64,000 nucleotides of DNA, taken from IMG/VR virus record IMGVR_UViG_3300050120_000230, positions 1-64,000 of that record, one strand, 5' to 3'. A program made the translations under genes and the position numbers. Below are positions 1-8,602 of this stretch, piece by piece; positions within the stretch are counted from its first letter, which is position 1; every line of letters begins with the position of its first letter. Below the pieces are notes generated by a model. It had not been told where the DNA came from. It made no database searches and saw only the letters and a list, made by a program, of their open reading frames with translations.

Positions 1-2
1 GT

Positions 3-2093
3 GCTGGCGATAGCTCCATCAAGTCGCTCTATGCGACACTCGATCAAATTCCGACCGTGACGATTGCTGAGAGCGGTGTCACGGCTGGCTTCAACATCAA
101 CAGCGTCGAGATCGACCAGTCGTGTGGACCGGGTTGGCGGAATGCCAGTTCGTATATGACTGGGATCAACATGACGATCACCGAACCGTTGGGTTCGAGC
201 CTCGTCGAAGCGATGATGAACGCCGCTATCGCGCTGAATGTCCAAGACTTCGGGAAGATGTGGTATTTCCTCGAACTCGTTTTCCAAGGCTACGACGAAG
301 ACGGAGACATCGAAACGACGCCGTTGTCTTCCTTGAACTTGGAGAACGGTGGCCGGTGGGTCTATCAGATCGCCATCACCAACATGGAAGTCAACATGAA
401 TGAGAGCGGGGCGAGCTACAAGCTCACCTGTATGCCTTATTCCATGCACGCTTTCGACGATCAGACCTGTGGCCGTGTGCCTGAAGTTCTCAGCGTCAAC
501 GGTGGAACCATCCAAGATTTCTGCAACGACTTCGCGACCAAATTGACCAAGTCTTGGACGGATCGCTATCTCGGCGAAATCTACACGTTCAAAATCAACA
601 TTCGCCCGCTGGTCGATGACAATCGGATTGCCGGTGGGTTCAAGCTCGCGCAAGGCGATTACGACCCGATCCGCAACCTGTCTCTAGACGCTGGTGACGG
701 CAAGACTCCGCACGCCCAAATTCCCGCCGGAACGACGATCAGCGATCTGATTATGTTCCTCTACTGCCACTGCGAAGACGCGCAGAAAATGATGCTGGAC
801 ACCACATCGCCACAGAACCTCGAAGACGGCGATGGCGAGACGGTCACCTACAACAAGAAGCAATATCGCGTGCCCATCGTTCCGCACGTCGAAGCGGACG
901 TGAAAGTCACCGGCTACGACCCGATCACCGGGCTCTACATGAAGGAAATTACCTACCACGTCTGGGGGTATCGTTCCTACACGACCAATCTCTCGAACAA
1001 ACAATACACGACGATGAAGGCCGATCCTTCGATCTCGGTGAAGATCGCGGATGAGCTTCGCACCCGAGGTTATCTCCGCAAGCGTTACGAGCACCGGTTC
1101 ACCGGTCTCAACACCGAAGTGCTGCGTTTCGACCTCGACTACAACTTCGCCTTCTCCACAGTCCTTCCGAAAATCACCGGCTGGCGCGAAGGGATCAACC
1201 AGACTTCAGATCATGCCAAACGTAACCCGGCGCTGACCGCGAACGCCGCGATGAATACGGCCGCTTTCCCGAACGAGACCACTGCCGGGACACCCGATGG
1301 CGATCCGCTCACGCAAGCACAATCAACGTTGGTCGCGGCGAACGATGGCATTTCGGAAGCCGAAGGCGTTGTGAACGATGAAACGGCCACTCCGGCTCAG
1401 AAGAATGCTGCGAACTCCGTGATCGCGGCGGCTAATCGTTCGAAGCAGGCAATTCAAGAACAGGTCGGTCGCATCCGTGCGAACGATCTTGCTGCACAGA
1501 AAGCATCTCGCGAACAGATCGAAGCTCAGGGTCCGGTCAACATCTATGCCGAAGACGCCGTCGTCGGCGACTCTCCGTTCAAACTGACCTACGTCCAAGG
1601 CCACGGCGAAGCATCGTCTGCTGCCGGAACGGGCTTCTTGGGTCAATGGCACCGTGGCGCCAGTCTGGCGGGGGCTGTGCTCAACCAGTTGCACGAGCCG
1701 CTCACCGAATCTCTCGCGAACATCACTCTCGAAATTCGCGGCGATCCCTACTGGATCGGATATTCGCACCTCGAACGCCGGTCCATCCTAAACGACGGTC
1801 TGAAGCACAACGCAGACTCACCGATGCCCAACTACACGGAAGGTGACTCGACGCTCGCTTTGATCCTGCGTTTCCCAAGCGGCATTGACCCAACGAGTGG
1901 CGCTCCGATCATCCGCGAAGACGATGTCTTCAACGGTCTCTATCGCGTGACTTCGATCAAGAGCGCGTTCAGCGGCGGTGAGTTCAAGCAGACGCTCGAA
2001 GCTTTCAAGCTCGAACTCATCACGATGATCCAGTCGAACAACAAGACAGGCGCCCAGCCTGCTCCCGGCGATGGGAGCACAGGCCAGCAATGA
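3..2093 (+). CDS. Virion tail/baseplate hub-like protein, 5' end outside window
   Basis: Frame is open from position 3 to TGA at 2093. C-terminal IRGDPYW and FNGLYRVTSIKSAFSGGEFKQTL resemble hub proteins; it overlaps the gp5-like gene (ATGA). Confidence 0.6.
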   Translation, partial: AGDSSIKSLYATLDQIPTVTIAESGVTAGFNINSVEIDQSCGPGWRNASSYMTGINMTITEPLGSSLVEAMMNAAIALNVQDFGKMWYFLELVFQGYDEDGDIETTPLSSLNLENGGRWVYQIAITNMEVNMNESGASYKLTCMPYSMHAFDDQTCGRVPEVLSVNGGTIQDFCNDFATKLTKSWTDRYLGEIYTFKINIRPLVDDNRIAGGFKLAQGDYDPIRNLSLDAGDGKTPHAQIPAGTTISDLIMFLYCHCEDAQKMMLDTTSPQNLEDGDGETVTYNKKQYRVPIVPHVEADVKVTGYDPITGLYMKEITYHVWGYRSYTTNLSNKQYTTMKADPSISVKIADELRTRGYLRKRYEHRFTGLNTEVLRFDLDYNFAFSTVLPKITGWREGINQTSDHAKRNPALTANAAMNTAAFPNETTAGTPDGDPLTQAQSTLVAANDGISEAEGVVNDETATPAQKNAANSVIAAANRSKQAIQEQVGRIRANDLAAQKASREQIEAQGPVNIYAEDAVVGDSPFKLTYVQGHGEASSAAGTGFLGQWHRGASLAGAVLNQLHEPLTESLANITLEIRGDPYWIGYSHLERRSILNDGLKHNADSPMPNYTEGDSTLALILRFPSGIDPTSGAPIIREDDVFNGLYRVTSIKSAFSGGEFKQTLEAFKLELITMIQSNNKTGAQPAPGDGSTGQQ

Positions 2094-4036
2094 AGCCGTC
2101 GTTCAACCCCAAAGTCTTGCCGCGTGGCTATCGCCGCGACTCGCACATGGGTCGCGTGCGGGACAGCAACATCTATGTCGGCGTAGTCAAGCGCAACGAC
2201 GACGGACAACGCATGGGCCGTCTGGCCGTGTGGATTCCAGAAATCGGCGGCGATCCGAACAATCCGCAGAACTGGTTCATCGTCAGTTACGCGAGCCCGT
2301 TCGCCGGTGTGACGAACCCCAACGCTCTCGTCGAAGATGCCACGAACCTCGACGGCACCCAGCAGTCGTATGGCTTCTGGATGAATCCGCCGGACCTTGA
2401 GAACCAAGTTCTGGTGTGCTTCGCCAATGGCGACACCGCCTTGGGATTCTGGTTCGCCTGCCTCTATCAGCAGAACATGAACCACATGGTGCCCGGCATC
2501 GCGACCGGCACTCCGACCGAAGATGGCAACTACTGTTCCAGTCAGCCGCCGGTGGCGGAATACAACAAGTGGAGCAAAGAGAACCCAGACAAGCCGAAGA
2601 GGGCTGCCTACACACCTCTGGCCAATGGTCTATCCGAACAAGGTCTTTTCTCTGATCCTGAACGTGGCCCGGCCGATTCGTCTGCTCGCCGCGAAGCACC
2701 GTCGAAGGTCTACGGCTGGCTGACGCCGCGTGGCAATCAAGTCTACGTCGATGACAACCCGGCCAACGAGTTCATCCGTATGCGAACTCGTTCCGGCGCC
2801 CAAGTGCTGGTCAACGAAACGACGGGCTTCGTCTACATCAACTCGAAGAACGGCAACTCGTGGGTCGAGATTTCCGACAAGGGTGTGGACATCTATTCCA
2901 AGGGTGCAGTCAGCCTGCGCTCTGAAGGTTCGCTGAACCTGCACGCCGATGGCTCCCTGAACATCGAAGCCGATGGTAACCTGAACCTGCGCGCCGGAGG
3001 CAACCTGACCCTTCAGAGCGCCCACCATTCGCACTTCGCGGGCAACGGCGATCTCGTTCTCGATTTCGGTGGAACTGCCAGCACCAAGGCTGGCGGAAAC
3101 ATTTTGCTGGCGGCTACTGGCGCTGTGCGCTCTGGCGCCGGTGGCGACATCACGGCTTCGTCCGGTGGTTCGAACATCCGCTCCGCTTCGGTCATCTTCG
3201 ACAATGCTTCGACAGCGGCCCCGCCTGCGAACGCTCCGTCTGCCAAGGTTGAGCAGCCGCGCGATCTACCGGAAGTGAACGGTTCGGCTCCCTGCTACCA
3301 ACAGAGCACGCGTAAAACGATCACGCGCCGGATGCCGACGCATGAACCGTTCGTCAACCACCCGAAGGCTGGGGGCTCTGGCGATCAATCGAACAACCCG
3401 GACCTTAAGAAATCCGACGAATACGCTTCAGCGGCGGACGCCAATTCGGTCGCCAATTCGAGCACCGTTCCGAACGACGACAACACGAGCTTCACGGATG
3501 ACGACGTGTCGTGGCTGACGGTCTGCCTGCTCACCGAAGCCGGTGGTCTTGGCGATGACATGCTGGCCGCTGTTGGACAGGTAGTGATGAACCGTTCTTC
3601 AGTCGGCTTCGCAGGCAATGTGCGAAACGATGCGTGGTCGGGCATCAAGAAATACGTGCTGGCCTATGCCGCATTCTCGTTTTTCTGGTCATCCAATGGC
3701 CGTAGCCTCGACGTGGGCGGTGGCAAGCCTGCTCGCTCTGGTTCGCCGCCCCGCCTGACGATCCCGCCCGCATTGTTCGCGGCCGGTGAGAAGAAGGGCA
3801 TCGATAAGATCAAGTCGTCGCAGGGCTCAACCGAATGGAACCACTGCAAGCAGATCGCGACGCAGCTTCTCGCAGGCACCTACAACGCCAGCACGGCTGT
3901 GGCGCCGATCAAAGCCAACAAACGGTGCACGATGTATGTGAACGCTAGCACGGCTTCGCCGGTGTGGGCTGTGCCGAGCAAGTTCGTCACTCAGGTCGGC
4001 CATCCGCGTCTGTCACACAGTTTCTACCTGCAATAA
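2090..4036 (+). CDS. Baseplate central spike (gp5-like) with C-terminal SleB/Hydrolase_2-type cell wall hydrolase
   Basis: N-terminal OB-fold motif (GVVKRNDD..RMGRLAVWIP, SYGFW..PP), beta-helix repeats (GSLNLHADGSLNIEADGNLNLRAGG), PTHEPF, then LTVCLLTEAGG..AVGQVVMNR. Confidence 0.85.
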   Translation: MKPSFNPKVLPRGYRRDSHMGRVRDSNIYVGVVKRNDDGQRMGRLAVWIPEIGGDPNNPQNWFIVSYASPFAGVTNPNALVEDATNLDGTQQSYGFWMNPPDLENQVLVCFANGDTALGFWFACLYQQNMNHMVPGIATGTPTEDGNYCSSQPPVAEYNKWSKENPDKPKRAAYTPLANGLSEQGLFSDPERGPADSSARREAPSKVYGWLTPRGNQVYVDDNPANEFIRMRTRSGAQVLVNETTGFVYINSKNGNSWVEISDKGVDIYSKGAVSLRSEGSLNLHADGSLNIEADGNLNLRAGGNLTLQSAHHSHFAGNGDLVLDFGGTASTKAGGNILLAATGAVRSGAGGDITASSGGSNIRSASVIFDNASTAAPPANAPSAKVEQPRDLPEVNGSAPCYQQSTRKTITRRMPTHEPFVNHPKAGGSGDQSNNPDLKKSDEYASAADANSVANSSTVPNDDNTSFTDDDVSWLTVCLLTEAGGLGDDMLAAVGQVVMNRSSVGFAGNVRNDAWSGIKKYVLAYAAFSFFWSSNGRSLDVGGGKPARSGSPPRLTIPPALFAAGEKKGIDKIKSSQGSTEWNHCKQIATQLLAGTYNASTAVAPIKANKRCTMYVNASTASPVWAVPSKFVTQVGHPRLSHSFYLQ

Positions 4037-4048
4037 TCGACTCGGTAA

Positions 4049-4396
4049 TTGCGGTGCGGTATAAGCACTGTAGTGAAAATCTTCACCAATCATTCGGGGA
4101 CGACGCAGGATACGTTCAGTATCGGCAAGCGTGGGGTCGAGCTTATTCGTGGCTATGGTTCGCCACATCAGCACCATGCTCACGCTACGGTCGGCAGTCT
4201 CTACTTCCAGACCGAACTAGGTATCTTGTTGGTGAAACGCCCATCCGGTGAATGGGACGCCATGGCCACCCAAGCGTCAGTTCAGCTTTCGATGGTCATG
4301 GTCTCGCAGACCATCGAGCGATGCGTTCGCATGGCACTCTGGACCATGGCAGGACTGGTGGTCTTCGTGACGCTGATGCTCGTGTTTACTCGGTGA
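4049..4396 (+). CDS. Hypothetical protein with C-terminal transmembrane helix
   Basis: ORF follows gp5 and has a hydrophobic C-terminus; the start may be the GTG near 4073. Confidence 0.5.
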   Translation: MRCGISTVVKIFTNHSGTTQDTFSIGKRGVELIRGYGSPHQHHAHATVGSLYFQTELGILLVKRPSGEWDAMATQASVQLSMVMVSQTIERCVRMALWTMAGLVVFVTLMLVFTR

Positions 4397-4790
4397 ACTC
4401 GTGCTGGAACAGAAGTAGCAGCACCCAGTCTTTTTGGAACTGGCCGAGATCGCCGCTCACTTTCTTGATCTGGAAGATGCCCGCACGCACATGGTCCTTG
4501 AAATCGACGGCTCCCCACCCACCGGCATGAACTTGCGGGTGATAGTCGCAGATCAGCGTGTCGGTCGAGAGTTGGATGTGCTGCGGGGCAAGCCAACGAC
4601 TGTGGACAAGATGAAACTCCAAACTCCACATGACGCCCTCGGAGAGATGCTCTCCGAGTAGGCGTTCGAGTTTGAAATTGTTCGCGTGATGGGCCGTGAG
4701 CCTCAGACCGGCGATCATACCGGTCTGACGAGGTTGCTTCCAGACGTGGTTGTAGATAGCCGCTACGTCTTTCGAAGTGGCGGCGACCAT
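4386..4790 (-). CDS. Hypothetical protein
   Basis: ATG overlaps the stop of the upstream minus-strand gene. Confidence 0.5.
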   Translation of the reverse strand: MVAATSKDVAAIYNHVWKQPRQTGMIAGLRLTAHHANNFKLERLLGEHLSEGVMWSLEFHLVHSRWLAPQHIQLSTDTLICDYHPQVHAGGWGAVDFKDHVRAGIFQIKKVSGDLGQFQKDWVLLLLFQHEFTE

Positions 4791-5002
4791 CAGACCAGAT
4801 CGTGCTTCCGCAGCGCCGGGCGAATGACGAGGAAGTAGATCGGCATCAGCGAGAAACCGACGAACTGGTAGGTCCCGGCCATGTCGCCAGCCATGTATTT
4901 GTGGTCGGCGCCGATGACGAAGAACGCGAACACGGCGACTTGAATCAGCGGGAACGCCCAGAAATCGCACGCCTTGTTGAAGAGTCGTTGGAAGGTGCTC
5001 AT
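4790..5002 (-). CDS. Small membrane protein
   Basis: Two hydrophobic segments; AGGAG upstream of the ATG at 5002. Confidence 0.6.
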   Translation of the reverse strand: MSTFQRLFNKACDFWAFPLIQVAVFAFFVIGADHKYMAGDMAGTYQFVGFSLMPIYFLVIRPALRKHDLV

Positions 5003-5013
5003 GGTTTGTGCTC

Positions 5014-5355
5014 CTAGTTTTCGGATTGCCAAATCAGGTCTTCGTATTTCTCGATGAGATCGGGATTTCCCAGACGCATCATCTGCACGAGCTTGCGGAG
5101 GCGAACGATGTCGTCGTCGGTGTCGATCATTTCGAACTCGGCCCACCCCACGGTATTGCCCGCTTCGTCGGTGAGGCGCTTCATCGGCCACTTGCCCTTG
5201 ACCAGTAGATTGGTCGGGCTCAGCGGAAGTTGATCGTCCCCCAGACGACGGAGGATGCGGCCGACTTCCATGCCCGCGATATCAACGCCGTTGGCGTTCT
5301 TGAAGGCCGGGCTCTCGCATTCGATGCTGAGCGTGAAGGTAAGGCGCTTGCCCAT
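5014..5355 (-). CDS. Hypothetical protein
   Basis: Starts MGKRLTFTLSIECESPAF; coupled to the upstream stop. Confidence 0.65.
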   Translation of the reverse strand: MGKRLTFTLSIECESPAFKNANGVDIAGMEVGRILRRLGDDQLPLSPTNLLVKGKWPMKRLTDEAGNTVGWAEFEMIDTDDDIVRLRKLVQMMRLGNPDLIEKYEDLIWQSEN

Positions 5356-5564
5356 CAGTTCACCTTGGGGAGGATTTGCGAGCCGTCTTCCGGCACGGGG
5401 ACGATTTGCAGGAGACCTTTGGCGTGCAGGCGGCCGAACATGCCGCCCGTGCCACCGCTCTCGGCCCACGTATCGGCGTCGATCTGCTGGACAGCGAAGG
5501 TCTGACCACGGCCAGCGGCGCCGAGGGCTACAGCGGCGATGAAGCCTTTGCGTTGACGAGCCAT
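5355..5564 (-). CDS. Hypothetical protein
   Basis: AGGAG SD and a TTGACG promoter-like sequence upstream. Confidence 0.6.
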   Translation of the reverse strand: MARQRKGFIAAVALGAAGRGQTFAVQQIDADTWAESGGTGGMFGRLHAKGLLQIVPVPEDGSQILPKVN

Positions 5565-5666
5565 GCGTGATCTCCTGTGCAGTTCAGAATGTCATTCTCT
5601 CATCAAAGTCGAATCCGTCAACAATACTTTAGTGCATGGGTCCATGCATTAGGCTACGGTGCGGAA

Positions 5667-5792
5667 ATGAGAACCAATTACCCCATCCCGCCCGCACCGA
5701 AGCCCGGCATGTCCGACCCCCGTTCGACTGGGCGGCCTACGCCGACTCGGATTCGCCGACCGCAAATGTCTGACCCTCGGAGCACGCGTTAA
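5667..5792 (+). CDS. Small Pro/Arg-rich peptide with duplicated MSDPRST
   Basis: The heptapeptide occurs twice with different synonymous codons. Confidence 0.45.
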   Translation: MRTNYPIPPAPKPGMSDPRSTGRPTPTRIRRPQMSDPRSTR

Positions 5793-6090
5793 GCTCGTCG
5801 AGGATGTCCTGAAAGTCGTTGTTCGTCCAATCGAGTGGTTGGTAGTAGCGAAGGTAATTGTTCGTCACGTCGAACCCACCACGGCGGGGCCAAGGGCGAA
5901 GGCTACACCCTTGAGCACTTCAAGGAGCTAAAGAGCCGCCCGCCGGGCCTGATGGCCGAGTTGGATCGCCTTCACAGAGTGTTTTCCACTCTGCGTCGGT
6001 TAGTCGCCAGAAATATCCGAACTGCCCAACGTATACGTATCTGCTCTGAGTCTGCTTGGGCTCGGTGTATCGCCTGCGTCTGCGTGTCAT
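5737..6090 (-). pseudogene. Gene disrupted by an internal 80-bp inversion (5887-5966)
   Basis: AGGAGG SD and ATG at 6090, in-frame TGA at 5920-5922 inside the segment. Flipping the segment gives a stop-free 117-aa ORF. Confidence 0.7.
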
Positions 6091-6187
6091 GAGAAAGTGC
6101 CTCCTACCTATAATGGGGTCGCGAGAAGGCCATTATGTGCAGGCCATTTTTCAACTTTCTCGGAGTGTGGATTTTTCGTCACAGTAT

Positions 6188-6203
6188 TTTTGGTTGACCA
6201 AAA
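6188..6203. promoter_or_regulatory. Palindromic TTGG-N4-CCAA site overlapping a TTGACC -35-like box
   Basis: TTTTGGTTGACCAAAA; related sites at 14666, 51204, 54666 and 60804. Confidence 0.5.
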
Positions 6204-6225
6204 TCTCGAAATCACTACAAAGGCG

Positions 6226-7260
6226 ATGATGAACAGTGTTGTCAAACCCGCGAAGTTTCTGATCGCTATAGTGACGCTTTGCTTCGCGACGATGGCGGCT
6301 GCTCAGAACACTCCGAGGGCTACAGCGTCACAAGGACAGTGGGCTCACTATTCGTCGGCTCAACCATTGATCGCCGTGGCGCCCACGCCAGAGGTCCCCA
6401 AGCCCGTTCCGGTGGTAGTTCCCGCACCTCACATCCAAAATCCCATCGAGCACGCGTTGCAAGTGGCCTTGGACGATTATCGCGCTGGCAAAACCAGTGA
6501 CGACGTGATCGCACGATATGGCGGAACACCATCCGCTTATGGCCACATGCTGGAATTGAACGTCGCCCGCGCACGGGCGCTGCCTTCGGTGTTCCCAGAA
6601 CGCTACGTCGTGGTGAACATCCCCTCGCAAACACTTGATCTTTACGTCGATGGCAAACGTGCCTTGACCATGCGGGTCATCACTGGTCGGCCGGATGCTC
6701 CTACGCCCACGATGGTGACCAACATCACCACGGCCATCTACAATCCCTACTGGAACGTCCCGTGGGAAATGGTGCGTGACACCTATTCGAAACGGGCCAT
6801 GGCCAACTCGCATTACCTGAAGTTGATGCACATGGAAGCACTCGACGGTTGGGGCGCGGACGCCAAGGTCATCCCAGAATCACAGGTTCCGTGGAAGGAC
6901 GTGGCGGCGGGGACGATCTACCAACGCGTTCGGCAGCGTCCGGGTGACGATAACATGATGGGCATCGTCAAGTTCGAGTTGGCGGACAACAGCAAGGGCA
7001 TCTATCTTCACGACACCCCGTTGCGGAAAAACTTCAACGGCACATGGGTTGTGCTTCACGCGATGAGTTCCGGTTGCATCCGTCTCTTCGACGCCAAGAC
7101 ACTCGCCAATGCCTTGATGGGAACGCAGCCCGCGTTTGCCGACACGGAACATCGCGTTCTGCTGACGAAGCCGGTGCCGATTTTCATCACCTATTTCACA
7201 GCGATGCCCAGTGAAACAGGATTGGTCTTCTACCATGACGGCTACGACGCCGATAAATAA
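6226..7260 (+). CDS. L,D-transpeptidase (YkuD domain, YcbB-like), secreted
   Basis: Signal peptide; VVVNIPSQTL, VITGRP..PTP, NPYWNVP, RQRPG..NMMGIVKF, catalytic IYLHDTP...SSGCIRL. Confidence 0.9.
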   Translation: MMNSVVKPAKFLIAIVTLCFATMAAAQNTPRATASQGQWAHYSSAQPLIAVAPTPEVPKPVPVVVPAPHIQNPIEHALQVALDDYRAGKTSDDVIARYGGTPSAYGHMLELNVARARALPSVFPERYVVVNIPSQTLDLYVDGKRALTMRVITGRPDAPTPTMVTNITTAIYNPYWNVPWEMVRDTYSKRAMANSHYLKLMHMEALDGWGADAKVIPESQVPWKDVAAGTIYQRVRQRPGDDNMMGIVKFELADNSKGIYLHDTPLRKNFNGTWVVLHAMSSGCIRLFDAKTLANALMGTQPAFADTEHRVLLTKPVPIFITYFTAMPSETGLVFYHDGYDADK

Positions 7261-7263
7261 TCA

Positions 7264-7737
7264 GTGCGCGAATACATCGACATTCTGGCCGAAGCTCAGA
7301 GCCAAATCCCACCCGAGCTTGCTGCCCAAATCCTTTCAGACCGGCTTTGCAAGCACGGGGTGAAACTGGCGCCGAGCGCACGTCTGTGGCGTGGCGAGGG
7401 TTCTGAAGGCGGAAGCGGGTTCGCCACCTATGGCCGAGGGCTCTACTTCACCGCTGATCGCAAAGTCGCGGCCGAATATGCCGGAGACGATGGCGAGATC
7501 GTCGAAATCGCTCGGGCCTATCTTCCCGACAATGCGCTGCGTTTCGACACCACAAATGATTTCCAGATTTGGAAGCAGAGGGCTTACACGCTGCTGGGCT
7601 TCAGAGGCCCGCAGGAGTTCGCAGCCGCATACGATGATCTTGGCGTTTTCATCCGCACCCTTGATCCGACCATCGACGGCATCCAGATGTTCACGGGCAA
7701 AGACTCCGTCTTCGTCCTCTACGGAATGGACGAGTAA
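7264..7737 (+). CDS. ADP-ribosyltransferase-like late protein with N-terminal tag
   Basis: LWRGE...YGRGLYFTADRKVAAEYA resembles the ART core; TAAATA 4 nt upstream. Confidence 0.55.
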   Translation: MREYIDILAEAQSQIPPELAAQILSDRLCKHGVKLAPSARLWRGEGSEGGSGFATYGRGLYFTADRKVAAEYAGDDGEIVEIARAYLPDNALRFDTTNDFQIWKQRAYTLLGFRGPQEFAAAYDDLGVFIRTLDPTIDGIQMFTGKDSVFVLYGMDE

Positions 7738-7782
7738 TATCCTTGACCGGATAGCGTTCCGTGGGATCATGCCTCAACAGTT

Positions 7783-8052
7783 ATGGAGGCTCCTATGTGG
7801 TTCATGAAGCCGAAGGTCGTGCCGGTTCCTCCGCGTCGAGTTGAACTGCGTCCCGAAGAGAAGACCGTCATCGCGAAGTTCGCCGAAGGCGATGAAGACA
7901 TGAAGCCCCACGCCATTGCGTGCTATCGTCGCAACATCGGCCGGGTGCCGAAGACGACTGCCGAGATGGGCTTCATGGCTGAAATCGATACGCGTTCGCC
8001 CGATCTGGCGATGCGTTCGTATTTCCGCCGCCGGGTGCTCGGCCAAGCATGA
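7783..8052 (+). CDS. Hypothetical protein
   Basis: TTGACC promoter-like sequence upstream; GGAGG suggests a start at ATG 7795. Confidence 0.6.
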   Translation: MEAPMWFMKPKVVPVPPRRVELRPEEKTVIAKFAEGDEDMKPHAIACYRRNIGRVPKTTAEMGFMAEIDTRSPDLAMRSYFRRRVLGQA

Positions 8053-8285
8053 AATCATCTCGTCCCAAGATCGCCCGAATGACCGGAGACGAATTTCGCG
8101 ATTTCAACGCGGAGTTTCCTTATCGTGCTCGCATCCCTATGGGCGAACACGGGACCGACCCGGAACGGGGGCTGATCGAACGCTTTTTTCGAAGCATCAA
8201 TTCGCCCGTGGCGACCAGCACTAATCTCGTCTATCTGACAACGGTCTCCGATCTCACGCTCCTGAAACTGGGAATGTATCGGTGA
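8049..8285 (+). CDS. Hypothetical protein
   Basis: ATGA-coupled to its neighbours. Confidence 0.6.
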   Translation: MKSSRPKIARMTGDEFRDFNAEFPYRARIPMGEHGTDPERGLIERFFRSINSPVATSTNLVYLTTVSDLTLLKLGMYR

Positions 8286-8548
8286 TCCTTCGTGATGTCC
8301 CATGGTCTGATCTGAAGATCGGCCAAGGGGTTTCCGTCACGAGCACCACCGATGTGATGCTCGGCACCATCGTCCGACTCGAACGCGAACCCATGATCTG
8401 GATCGCGTGGAAAGACGGCAACCACCAAGAATATCACCAATCAGTTCTTCCGCATGTGGAATTGCTGGATGAAGTTGAACACGCCGGATCGCACGATTTT
8501 GATAAAATCTTGACCGACCGCGAATTTATTGACGCCGAAGGGGAATAA
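8282..8548 (+). CDS. Hypothetical protein
   Basis: GTGA-coupled ORF. Confidence 0.6.
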   Translation: MILRDVPWSDLKIGQGVSVTSTTDVMLGTIVRLEREPMIWIAWKDGNHQEYHQSVLPHVELLDEVEHAGSHDFDKILTDREFIDAEGE

Positions 8549-8602
8549 ATCTCGGGCGAGGCGGGTCATATAAATATGAAGTCTGTTCGGAGCCCCCGCC
8601 CC

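Noticed and set aside
5920-5922. TGA readthrough or stop-codon reassignment
   Set aside because: Many genes here end cleanly at TGA, TAG and TAA; the inversion explains this stop better.
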